The notes: generated by a model not told the origin, from the letters alone. A stretch of DNA of 62,979 nucleotides, filler included, from Conidiobolus incongruus B7586 (GCA_000697335.1; 17 parts of 17 records of this genome joined end to end with filler, not necessarily neighbours in it), one strand, 5' to 3'. Shown: positions 27,313-40,309, counted from the whole stretch's first letter. Made by a program: numbers and translations.

Positions 27313-28319
27313 ATGGCTCCCGTTGCTTTCCCTGATCTTAGTAAAGCTAGCAAAGATTTGTTAAGCAAAGACTTCCCCTCTGGAAACGTCAAATTAGAAG
27401 TCAAGACTAACACTGCCAATGGCGTAGTAAGTTGTTTATCTTCATCTGTTCATTTTTAGCTCATTCCTTTTAAATAGACTTTCTCTGTTAATGGTCACCA
27501 AGATAACTCTTCTGGCGTTGTCTTCGCTGAAACCAAGGTTAAATACAATGATTTCCAAAGAGGTCTCACCTTGACTGAAGCCATTACTACCGCTAATCAC
27601 CTTTCAGCCCAGCTTGAATTGGAACATCCTTCTACCAAAGGTATCAAATTTGATTTCCTTGCTTCTCTCTCTCCCGCCACCAGGTAAACACTTCGTTTTA
27701 TATATTTATATTGATAATCTAACTTCTTTGAAGCCAAAAGAGCTTATTAGCCAATGTCTACTACAAGCACCCCAATGTCCACTCTCGTTTCAACGCCAAC
27801 CTTCTCAAGGGCCCTATCTTCAATGCTGATGTTGTTATTGGGTAATTAGTTTTAATTCTGTCTTGTTTGAAATAACTAACATATGAATTTAGTCAAGATG
27901 GTGTCTTCGTTGGTGGTGAAACTGGTTATGATATTGAAACGGGAGCTGTCACTAAATATAATGCCTCTGTTGCTTACTTCCACAAGGATTATACTGCTGC
28001 TATCCATGCTACTAATGCTTTATCCGCTTTCTCTGCTACTTATTACCACCGTGTTAATGCTGATGTTGAAGCCGCCGCTAAGGTCTCTTGGGACTCTAAT
28101 GCTGCCACCAACGCTGTTGCTGTTGAAATTGGTACTAAAGCCTACCTTGATCGTGACACTTTTGTCAAGGCTAAGATTGACAACAGCGGCAAGTTAGGCT
28201 TGGGATACACTCAATTGCTTCGCCCTGGTGTTAAACTTAGCATTGGTGGTTCATTCGATACTGCTAAGTTGGACCAAAACGCTCACAAGGTTGGTCTTGC
28301 TATTGTTTTGGAAAACTAA
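27313..28319 (+). CDS. POR1: Mitochondrial outer-membrane porin (VDAC), 284 aa. Exons 27313-27426, 27478-27683, 27734-27841, 27893-28319
   Basis: MAPVAFPDLSKASKDLLSKDFP..KLEVKT; FVKAKIDNSGKLGLGYTQLLRPGVKLSIGGSFD..AHKVGL. Introns of 51, 50 and 51 nt (ctaac branch points in introns 2 and 3); spliced length 855 nt. TATATAAA at ~27245. Confidence 0.97.
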
Positions 28320-29292
28320 ATTTAATCCTTCAATAATTAACAATACAAAATCTTTTTTTTTCTAATTTAAATTGCAATTCTACCTTATACATTTATATAA
28401 ATATAGCTCACTTTGTTAATCTTGGATTTTCATAATCAATCAGTTTTTAGTTTAATTCATCTGAATCTGTCTTTTAAAGTTCCAATCTCAAATTAATCAT
28501 TTATTCATTCAACTTAATTTTGATTATATCATTATCAATTTGAATTATCTCACTCTTTATTACTATAAACAATTATTGTATTGACTCTGGTTTATTTGAT
28601 AATTAAGAAACTTTCACTCCAAATTAAAATATATATTTAGAGAGCCAATTATAAATAAATTTAAACTAAATATGAGTTAAACTTTAATTTATTGATGCTA
28701 TTTATATTACAGTCATAATAACTTATACTTTATTATATATCTAATTCATTAGATAGCTTAGATCGTTTTATAAACTATTTGAATAAAATTTTTAATTAAC
28801 TGCATTTAAAAAATTAACATTGATTTAATAATATATATATTCAAATTTATTTCTTTAATAAAATAAAATATAATAATATTATATATTTTAAAAAATCATT
28901 TAATTTTCTTTTGATGACAAATATTTGATATTTATTATTATTGTCAGATGTTGAAAATAATTTGAAAAATAAATATTAAATAAATTATAATATTATTAAT
29001 ATATTGATATTTAAAATATCAATAAAGTTAGTCTTGTAAAAAATTATAATATTTTCTTATTTATTTTTTATATTAATTTGATATAATATATCATGTTATA
29101 AATATTTTTATTATGTATTATTAATANNNNNNNNNNNNNNNNNNNNNNNNNNNNNNNNNNNNNNNNNNNNTTAATTAATTAANNNNNNNNNNNNNNNNNN
29201 NNNNNNNNNNNNNNNNNNNNNNNNNNTAAATAAATTAAATTAATTTATATAATATTATATTATAATATTTATAAAAGAACTATTTATTCAAA

Positions 29293-30711
29293 TATACTAA
29301 TCTATAAAAATAAAATCAAAAATCAAATATAAATATATATTTTAATTAATAACAAAAGTAATTATATATATTAAAATACTTGAAACTATTATATATAGTT
29401 AAGATATATTATTTGATAATAAATAAATATATTTAGATATATTTAATAAATTATTAATAAAAATATTAACCTTTAATATTTAACTAAAGTGAGTTATAAA
29501 TTTACTGGTTTTTGAGATAAAGGGATATATTTAATAATATATAATCATATATTTTTTTATTATTATTATATATAATATTTTACAAATATATTAAATTATT
29601 TTTATTAGTATTATTATACCTAAATCCCTCTCTAAAAAAATCTACTTGTGCATTAATTAACTTTATAAAATTAGTAAATTAACTTATGATATTATTAAAA
29701 TTACTAGTGTTAACTAGTTTATTTTAGTTAAAGCTATTAAGAATAATAATAAAAATAAATTTAAACTTAAACTTAAATGTGTTAAGATTATAAATGAATA
29801 TAATAAGAAATATATCTATAGGTTAGTTAATATAAGCAAGTATAATACTATTATAAAAATACAACAGGAATTATAAAACTATACAAGAAAATTAATTAAT
29901 ATTAATAATATTATATATGCTTTATATTAATATAAATACCACTTACACTTTAAAAAAAACACCCCTAATTAAAGAAATCCTATTATAAAATTAAATGGGA
30001 GTTTAAATATCATTGCTAATACTAAACTAAAATTAATTAGATTAAAGTTATTTAATTTAATAAAATAAAAATATATTTTAATAAATCTAATAAAAAAATT
30101 AAATGCTTTAAAAAAGATTTAAAATTATTTTATAGTTATTATGTTAATTTTATATAAAAATACAATAATAGGCTAATTATTATTTAAAAATATATATTAT
30201 TTTTAAATGTAAAATATCTTAATAAAATTAATAAGGGAATTAATATTAAAATATACTAAAATATATTAAATAATGAATTAAAAAAATTAATCAAAGAATA
30301 TAAGTTAAATAAATCTAATATTATTTTCTAATAAAATAATACCTTTTGCTATATTATAACTTTTATTACCAAATAGCTTAAAAATAACAAGATAATATTT
30401 ATGAAGTAATCTCTTCAATTTCTTAACCTTAACCTAATTAAACATTTTTAAAATTAATTAAAAAAAGCTATTAAAGCTTTCCCCTTAATAAAAAATTTAG
30501 ATTAACTTTAAAAATATGTTTAAAAAATATAAAACAAGTTTAACCCTTCTTAATATAAAAAGTTAGTTAATTCTATATTTTATAATCTTAAAGAAATTAA
30601 AAAGGTTAAAGATAGATATATTAAGTTTTAATTTTTTTTATCATTAAAAACCTATAAATTTATAACTTATCTTAAGTAAAATTTGGAAGTTTATATTTTA
30701 ACCAATTAATA
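29293..30711 (+). mobile_element. Tc1-family relic, right end lost at a gap
   Basis: Outer end atatactaatctataaaaa; inner repeat aagtgagttataaattt (~29487); IF**NNTFCY at ~30323; colinear with the 33547 copy. Confidence 0.88.
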
Positions 30712-30811
30712 NNNNNNNNNNNNNNNNNNNNNNNNNNNNNNNNNNNNNNNNNNNNTTAATTAATTAANNNNNNNNNNNNNNNNNNNNNNNNNNNNNNNNN
30801 NNNNNNNNNNN

Positions 30812-31530
30812 CTAATATTAAATTAAAACTTATTAAAATAATTTAATTTAATAAAATAAAACTATATTATATTAGATCTAATAAAAAGATTAAATACTTA
30901 AAAAAAGATATAAAATCATTCTATAACTATCTTGTTAATTTTACCTAAAAATATAATAAAAAATTAATTATAGTTTTAGAATATATATTTTCTATAAATA
31001 TAGGATAATTTAGTCAAGATAATAAGGGAATTAATATTAAGATATATTAGAATATTCTAAATAAAAAATTGAAAAAGACTATTGAAGAATATAAGTTTAA
31101 TAAGTGTAATATCATTTTCTAACAAAACAATGCTTTTTATAATATTATAACTTTTATTACCAAATAGATTAAAAATAACAAAATAATAGTTATAAAGTAT
31201 TCTTTTTAATTTTTTAAATTTAACCTATTTAAATAACTTAATAATTAATTAAAAAAGTTATTAATACTTTCCTTTTATCAAAAAATTTAGATTAGTCTTA
31301 AAAATATATTTAGAATATATAAAACAAGATTAACCCTATTTAATATAAAAAATTAGTTGATTTTATACTCTACATATTTAAAAAAGTTAAAAAAAATTAT
31401 AGATATATTCAGTATTAATTTTTTTTATCATCAAAAACCTATGTATTTATAACTTATTTTAGTTAAAATTTAAGAATTGATATTATAACCAATTATTCTC
31501 TAAATATCATCATTTAATGATTTATATTAT
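30812..31530 (+). mobile_element. Tc1-family relic, 3' half
   Basis: IIF*QNNAF at ~31110 and the inner right repeat tttataacttatt at ~31447. The right boundary is approximate. Confidence 0.8.
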
Positions 31531-32118
31531 TCATAAATATATATAAATATAATTATTTAATCTGGGTTTATTTTATTAAATAATAATCTGTTATTAAAAA
31601 TTTAAGATTTTGGATTTTATGATTTTTATAAATTAATATATTAATTTGAATTTTAAAATAAAACTTTTATTAATTATAATTCTTATTTTTGATTGAAATA
31701 AATATTATAAAATTTTAAATTTTTAAAATAATTATTTGATTTAAATAATTGATTCAAAATATAGCAAAATAATATCAATTTTTCTAATTTAATAGTTAAA
31801 GTTTTTATGATATTTTTTAATAAGAATTTTATCAAATATATTTAAAAATTAATCTAAAAATTTAAATAATTACTCTATATAAAATATCTAATGTTGGAAA
31901 TTATATTTACAAAATAATATGAAAAAAATCTAATTTTTTAAATAATTTTTCAATAATATTAAATAAACTAAGTTATTTTATCTATTTACTCCTAGCTATA
32001 TAATATATTTATAATATANNNNNNNNNNNNNNNNNNNNNNNNNNNNNNNNNNNNNNNNNNNNTTAATTAATTAANNNNNNNNNNNNNNNNNNNNNNNNNN
32101 NNNNNNNNNNNNNNNNNN

Positions 32119-33446
32119 AAACATAAATATTTTTATTAATAACTTAATTAATATTTAATGAAATAAACTTAAATTAAATAATTAAAATGATATATATTTA
32201 TTAATAATATAAATCATTAAATAATGATACTTAGTTATTAATTGGTTAAGATATCAACCCTCAAATTTTATTTATAAGAAGATATAAATTTATTGGTTTT
32301 TGGTGATAAAAAAAATTAAAACTTAATATATCTATCTTTAACATTTTTAAATTTTTTAAGTTTATAAAATATATAATCAACTAACTATTTATATTAAAAA
32401 GGGTTAATTTTGTTCTATATTTTTTAAATATATTTTTAAAGCTGATTTAAATCTTTTGTTAAAAAAACATTAATAACTATTTTTAACTAAACTTAAAGAT
32501 ATTTAATTAAATTAAAGTTAAAAAATTAAAGAAACCATTTTATAATTATTATTTTGTTTTTTTAAGCTATTTAATAATAAAAGCTATAATATAATAAAAG
32601 ATATTATCTTATTAAAAATAATATTAGATTTATTTAACTTATATTATTCAATAGTTTTTTTTAACTTATTATTTAAAATACTTTAATATATTTTAATATT
32701 AATTCCTTTATTAACTTTATAAAGATATTTTATACTTAAAAATAATATATATCTTTAAATAATAATTAACCCATGATTATACTTTTAAGTAATACTAAAA
32801 TAATAATTATAAAGTAGTTTTATATCTTTTTTAAAATATCTAGCTTTTTTATTAAATTTATTAAAGTATATATTTATTTCATTAGATTAAATAACTTTAA
32901 TTTAATTAATTTTGATTTAATATTAGTGGTGATATTTAAATTCTTATTTAACTTTATAGTAAGATTTTTTTAATTAAAGATATTTTTTCATAAATTGTCA
33001 GTAATATCTATATTAATATAAAACACATATAATAATATTAGTGTTAAGTAATATTCTTATATATTTTTATAGTTCTTGTTATATTTCTATAATAGTATTA
33101 TACTTGTTTATATTAAGTAACTTAAAAATATATTTCTCATTATATTTATTTATAATCTTAACATATTTAGGTTTATATTTAAATGTGTTTTTGTTATTAT
33201 TTTTAATAACTTAAATTATAATAAACTAGTTAACACTAGTAATTTTAATAATATCATAAGTTGATTTAATTTCTTTATAAAGTTAATTAATACACAAATG
33301 AATTTTTTTAGAGAGGGTTTTAAGTATAATAATACTAATATGAAAAATCTAATATATCTGTAAAATATTATATAAAATAATAGCAAAAAGAGAAGAAAGA
33401 TATGATTATATATTGTTAAATATATCCCTTTATCTCAAAAACTTAT
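32119..33446 (-). mobile_element. Tc1-family relic filling a whole contig
   Basis: Colinear with 22215-23540 throughout. Confidence 0.88.
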
Positions 33447-33546
33447 NNNNNNNNNNNNNNNNNNNNNNNNNNNNNNNNNNNNNNNNNNNNTTAATTAATT
33501 AANNNNNNNNNNNNNNNNNNNNNNNNNNNNNNNNNNNNNNNNNNNN

Positions 33547-34956
33547 AATATTAACCTTTAATATTTAACTAAGGTGAGTTATAAATTTGTGGGTTTTTGA
33601 GATAAAGGGATATATATTTAACAATATATAACCATATCTTTTTTCTCTTTTTGCTATTATTTTATATTATATTTTATAGATATACTAAATTTTTTTTATT
33701 AGTATCATTATACTTAAATCCCTTTTTAAAAAAATCCACTTGTATATTAATCAACTTTATAAAAAATATAAATTAACTTATGATATTGTTAGAATTACTA
33801 GTGTTAATTAGTTTACTATAGCTAAATCTATTAAAAATAATAATAAAGAAATATTTAAACCTAAATTTAAATATGTTAAAATCATAGATGAATATGATAA
33901 GAAGTATATTTATAGGTTAGTTAATACAGGTAAATGTAATACTACTGTAGAAATATAGTAGGAACTATAAAACTATACAAGAATATTAGTTAACACTGAT
34001 ACTATTATATATATTTTATATTAACATAGATACCACTTACACCTTAAGAAAAAATACCTCCAACTAAAAAAATCTCACTATAAAACTAGGTAAGAGTTTA
34101 AATATTGTTATTAATATTAAACTAAAACTAATTAGAATAAGGTTATTTAGTTTAATGAAACAAAAATATACTTTAGTAGATTTAATAGAAAAGCTAAATA
34201 CTTTAAAAAAAATATAGAATTACTTTGTAACTATTATATTAATTTTACCCAAAAGTACAATAGTAGGTTAATTATTGTTTGAGGATATATATTATCTTTA
34301 GGTATAAAGTATCTTTATAAAGTTAATAAGGGAATTAATATTAAAATATACTAAAATATTTTAAACAATGAATTAAAAAAAACCATTGAATAATATAAGT
34401 TAAATAAATCTGATATTATTTTTTAGTAAGATAATACCTTTTACTATACTATAGCTTTTACTACCAAATAGCTTAAAAATAATAAGATAACAGTTATGAA
34501 GTAGCTTTTTTAATCTCTTAACTTTAATCTAATTAAATATTTTTGGGATTAATTAAAAAAAGTTATTAAAGTTTTCCCCCTAGTTAAAAATTTAAATTAA
34601 CTTTAAAAATATGTTCAAGAAATATAAAACAAAATTAACCTTTCTTAGTGTAAGAAGTTAGTTGATTCTATACCCCACAAACTTAAAAAAGTTAGAAAAG
34701 CTAAAAGTAGATATACTAGGTTTTAATTTTTTTTATCATCAAAAACTTACAAATTTATAACTCACCCTAGGTAAAATTTAAAGGTTTATATTTTAATCAA
34801 TTAATAGTTAAATATCATTATTTAATGATAAATATAATTAATAATTATAATAGTTTTTAATTACTTAATTTAAATTTATTTTATTATATATTAATCAAGT
34901 TATAAGTAAAAATATAAGTGTTTTTGATTTTATAACTTACTTTTGTAGGTTAGTAT
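33547..34956 (+). mobile_element. Tc1-family relic with the most readable DD34E transposase
   Basis: VI*FNETKI at 34142 (=VIWSDETKI); F**DNTFYYT at 34421 (=FQQDNAPCHT); *LF*SLNFNLIKYFW (=WPPQSPDLNPIEHLW). D at 34430 and the E position at 34535 are separated by 34 codons. Inner repeats at ~33570 and ~34755. Confidence 0.93.
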
Positions 34957-35098
34957 ATTATAATAATTTTGTTTTATATTAAACATAATTTTTATTTTNN
35001 NNNNNNNNNNNNNNNNNNNNNNNNNNNNNNNNNNNNNNNNNNTTAATTAATTAANNNNNNNNNNNNNNNNNNNNNNNNNNNNNNNNNNNNNNNNNNNN

Positions 35099-36100
35099 TA
35101 ATTATAAATAATTATAGTTAATAATAATCATAATATTCAAGATATACATAAATTAATACCTAATCATATTAAGTTTATAAATATATATAATCAAGAATAT
35201 ATTTATAAATTAATTAATATTGATATATTTAATATTATTATATACAATAATATTATTATAATAATATAATGGTAATTTTAAGGCTATATAAGAATATTAA
35301 TAGTATAATTATTATTTATCCTTTCTATTAAAGTTAAAACTGATTATATTTTAAGAAAAAACTCTTAATTAAATAAGAGTTTAAATAACTTTATGAGAAT
35401 TAGATTAAAATTAATAAAAATACATGCTATTTTGTTTTATTTAAAAATATATTTTAATACATCTATTAGGAATATTATTTATTTCCCGAAAATGAAAAAT
35501 TATTTGATAATTATTATATTTTTTAACTTGTAAATATTATATTGGTAAATTAAAGTTTAGTGTCGTATATTATCCTTATATATATACATATATATATATA
35601 TGATATTTTTATAAAATCAATAATGAAATTAAGATTAATATATATTAAAGTATTTTGAATAATATAATAGAAAAAACTTTTAAATAGTATAGGATAAATA
35701 TTTAATTATTTTTGAGCAATATATATATCTTTTAATATATCGTTATTTCAACTATAAAATAGCTTACATATATCAGAAATTCTGCCATAATATAGCTTTT
35801 TCAATATTTTAATTCTAAACCAATTAAACATATTTAATATATATTAAACGATGGCTAAATTTTTTCCACAAGCAAAAAATTTAGATAAGCTTTAAAAGTC
35901 CATTTAAGAAGCTTAAAATATGTTTGATTTCGTTAAATATAAAAAGTTAATTAAGTCTATAGCCTATAAATATAAACAAATTAAAAGCAAAAAGATTTAA
36001 GTAATAATATTATTAATATCATTAATATTACAAAAATCTATAAATTTAAAACTCTTTATCATTAAACTTTTAGTTTTAATATGTCAATCAATAATTGTAT
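35099..36100 (+). mobile_element. Older, more diverged Tc1-family relic
   Basis: Recognisably colinear with 33830-34800 (e.g. ttaagaaaaaac, aagtattttgaataat, agcaaaaaatttagat) but with indels and transversions. Boundaries are approximate. Confidence 0.65.
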
Positions 36101-37976
36101 AATCTCTATTGGGCTTAGTTTTTTGATATTTATCAAGTATTTAAAATATAAATATTTGTTATTTTAATTTTATAACTATTCAAATTATATTAGTTATTTA
36201 TTATTATAAAAGATTTGATTATATATTGAATAAAATACCTTTTATAATTCATTTCAAGGTCAAGTTCACGATTGTCAGGTCATTTAAATTATAAGAAAAA
36301 TTTATCCTGGATATATTAAAATATAAAATATATTTATTAATATATAAAAATAATACCTTTATTTCAAATTTTATATGGACTGATTCAATTTTATATTGCA
36401 TATTAAATGTAATAATTTTGGATGTATATATAAATCTAATAGATTCAAATTAGTTATTAATTTATTTAACTCAACCTGTTTATCAGATAACCATAAAATT
36501 TAAGATATTTTGTATAAAAGAATCTTAATTAATTTTTTCACATTGAAATATTTCTTATTAAATTAAAATTCGTAATATTACTTAAAGAATGAGGATTAAA
36601 GAAGTGAAAATGGATTATATTAGATTTTTGCAATATCCAATATAATAGAGGTTAAAATATGTCAAAATATATAAATTAGTATTGAATTAATAATGGAATT
36701 AGTATAATAAATTTCTTGATTTCATTGGTTTGATTTATATTCAACTTTTTAATACTGGTTTCAATACTCTAATTATAAAGTAAATTTCACTATGGTTAAT
36801 TTTTTGCGAATATATTTATATGTAATGAAAATATTATAGCTTGCAATAACTTAAAAATAAATTTTTTCATTTTATCAAGTAAAATGTATTCAAAAGTATT
36901 TTCATTGTAAAATATATAATGCTATATACAATATGGCAAATCTTAATATCAAAATTTAAAATGAAATATAGAAAAAGTATATATGCTAAAGATAACAATT
37001 ACTAACTTATCATGATCAAATAATTATTCAGGGAAATTCGTGAAACAAAATTAACTCAAAGCGAAGGTTCATTGGGAAATTCTCATGAATAAATATAAAA
37101 AATCAATTGAAACCACATATTTAGGGTATTGTTTGGTGTCGTAAAATTGGAATAACAAATGTAAATTTCATCCAATAACTAATCAATTTAACTCTTTCCA
37201 TAATTTGTATTTGACTGTAGTGTCCATTGAAGATGAAATAAAAATATGATACAAATTTAATTTCAGATTTTTGAAGAATATTTGAAATTAAAACTTTTGA
37301 ATAAAATTGAATAAGACTTAGAAAATTTTATAATATTTATTATAATAGATTATATTACCTCAGAGTCAAAAAATATGAAATTTAAGTTTTATTTTTTTAT
37401 ACTTATTACTCTTAACAATAGAAATATATTATAAACAAATAGGAATATATATATATATGATGAGACTATTAATTCTATTATATATTTTATATATATTTAA
37501 TTTTTCCTATTATCAATATAATTAAAAGATCAGAAATTAAGAATTTTATTATTTTTTGTGTTTTCATAATTATAAATAATTTAATTAATATAATCCCTTT
37601 TCTTCCTTTTAATATCATTTTTTCTTTTGATTTATTTTTAAAGTCATTAATTTTTCAATATTTAAAACTTCTATAACTAATATAATTAATGAAATTATTT
37701 TATTAGACAAACTAATAAATAATAACTAATATATTCACAGCCTAAACAAATTTACTGATATATCAAATTATTTATCATTTCTAATTAACGTTTTTTAAAT
37801 GTATATTAATTTCAACTACAATTAGTGTTAAATATATAACATTTTATAAAGTTTTATTTAAATATCATTAATTTTATTTGATTTTTCAAGGTATTTAATT
37901 TATTTTTTAAATTATTGAAATAATAGTTAATAAATAAATAAAAATAATTAAGATAAATTCATAAAATCAACTATAT

Positions 37977-38360
37977 TGTCACGAGTCAGATGACTCCCTT
38001 CTTCCTAAGTGTCTTTACATCAACCTAATGTTAAAGTCATTTCCATCTCACATATCATCTGCTCTTGCTTTATCTTTAAATTGGCCAATGATACAAGTCA
38101 CCGGATAATCTAATTAATGACGTTACCCAACCCACACTATATAAAACCCGGAATTAGAGCTATCCTCAGCAGGAAGGGTTTGGTCTGGGTCCTCCCAGCT
38201 ATTTGACTTAAATCAATTAACCCCCTATCTCCCTAACACTTACCTGGAATTACCCAGATCTCTCTCTTTTACTCAAGCTACTCTGGACACGGCTTTCCCA
38301 AGAAGTGTTAATATAATCTCCAAAAATTAATATATTATTTGAATGTATTAAATCACGATA
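37977..38360 (+). mobile_element. Probable solo LTR (384 bp)
   Basis: Begins TGTCACGA and ends TCACGATA (one transition from ..GACA). Flanked by ATAT on both sides (37973-76 and 38361-64). Internal TATATAAAA at ~38138. Abruptly more GC-rich than its flanks. Confidence 0.7.
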
Positions 38361-40309
38361 ATATGTTGTGTATTATATTATTATTTTGATTGAAAATAGA
38401 TATAAAATGAATTTATTTAATATTAACAAATAATCAATTATATTGATTTAATATGTTCAAATCATAAATGAAAATTATCATTTAATAATAACTGGTTGAA
38501 ATATAATTAATAAATATTTACAAATGGTGAAAAGAATATAGAAGTCATATTATTATCAAAATATTTACAATGTTATTGAATCCAACCATTATTAAATTAA
38601 TTGATTTAATATAATATATATTGTGATATTTAACAAAATTTTAAAATTTCAATATTATAATATTTTCAATATAAATTATAAAATTTTTGTGTATATTTAA
38701 AATAATTGTTTATCACTTAATATTACCTTTTGTCAGAGATTTTATGAAAATCATATAATACTTAATCTGATTTAATGGATGATTTAACTTTATTAATAAT
38801 TCTTATTGGTTAAAATCTTGAGATGCTATTATCCCATGATTCAGCTCCCGTCCCTAAAGGGTAATAAATATGATCAATAACCGATAAATTGAACCAATCA
38901 AATTTAAATTGAATTAAAATTTTAATAAAATAAGGTTGGCAGGTGTATCAGCCATTATTCGTAGAACACTTGCAACTTTGGAGTCGGGGTCTTTTCTCCC
39001 AATGCAGGGTCTGAAATATGATCCCTTTGCGATGGTGTCGAGACGGTAGATGCCCAAGTGTAACTAAGCCAACCATAATGTAATTCTAATTTTTTACTAT
39101 ATATTTAATAAAATATCATTATATATTAGTTTTAAGTGAGCCTTTCAGTTCAAGGTTTGAATCTTATTGAAGGAATTCTTCAACATGAATTTTAGATTAA
39201 TTATAATTCAATAATTTACAATGTATAAAGTTATTTTAATATGAATTTTAGAGATTTATTAAGTATTAACAAAAAAATATATTTATTAATCTAGTAGTAT
39301 TGAATTTATATATCTATATATTCTTTTTTAAATACAATATATTTTTATTTTAATTTTTAGAATTTTTTCATTAATAAAATTAAAATAAATTATATTGATT
39401 TGATTCTTATAAGAAATTTATCAAATTCAAATTTTTGATGATTAATATAACTTACTTTAAATTATAATTATTGGTAAATAATATCTATTATTACTATATA
39501 TCCATAATGATAACATTATATCACATAACTCTCCTCTCTCTTGTATCACTTATATTTGATTAATATTTTTTAAAATGTATTTGTTATATTTTATAATATT
39601 TTTTATAATTAAAGATCAATGTTAGAAAAGCACTCGTAATATGATTTAGTAAATTATTTATTAATCCTGCTTTTTAATGCATTGGGACTCTATATCTTAG
39701 ATCTTACTATTGAGACAATGTAGCAGAATATCCAAAGAAAAACTATCTTCTATCTTTATCAGTTTTGGGTTTAAATAGTTGATTCAATGAATGATATGGG
39801 ATTTGGTCATAACCTAATAAAGAAGACAAAGAGAACAAAGTGTATCCTTTAACTAAAGACTGGAAAAGCTAGATTAAAATAGAAATAATATTGGTTTAAC
39901 TATCACACTGGGATGGGTGATTAATTTTGAAATATAACAATGAATATTTAATTATAATTTCATGAAAGAATTAGCATTGGGAAGAGTTAGTCTTGTTTGT
40001 TTGGATTTTTAATAATGACATGCTGAAAAATGTTATTTGGAAGATATTGAATGGTCATTAATAGTTATATTGCTTGGATAAATATTATACATTAATCTTC
40101 TTTTCTAATAAATCAAATATTTTATAATTAATTTAAAATTGATAAATTGAGCTTAAATGATTGAATAACTGACATCATTTCAATTTTGGCTAAAAATAAT
40201 TTCAAGAATAACACTTTGGACTTCATATAGTAATAGATATAATGATATATAATTTAAATATTATTGCTAGATATAGTTTATTAATAGTATTTTATGATAG
40301 ATATCTATA

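Noticed and set aside
34140..34560. Alternative genetic code (TAA/TAG = Gln) explaining in-frame stops
   Set aside because: Stops fall at both Gln and Trp positions, vary between copies and accompany many missense transitions. Host genes end in TAA and have no internal stops.
32119..34956. Head-to-head Tc1 palindrome around 33447-33546
   Set aside because: The centre is a scaffold spacer, so orientation and adjacency are unsupported.
38236..38260. ACTTACCTGG resembling the U1 snRNA 5' end
   Set aside because: No U1-70K or U1A loops and no Sm site follow; it lies within the LTR and is simply an antisense CAG/GTAAGT.
38934..39075. tRNA, suggested by a 7-bp closing stem ending ..CCA
   Set aside because: No T-loop (GTTCRA) or D-loop consensus on either strand.
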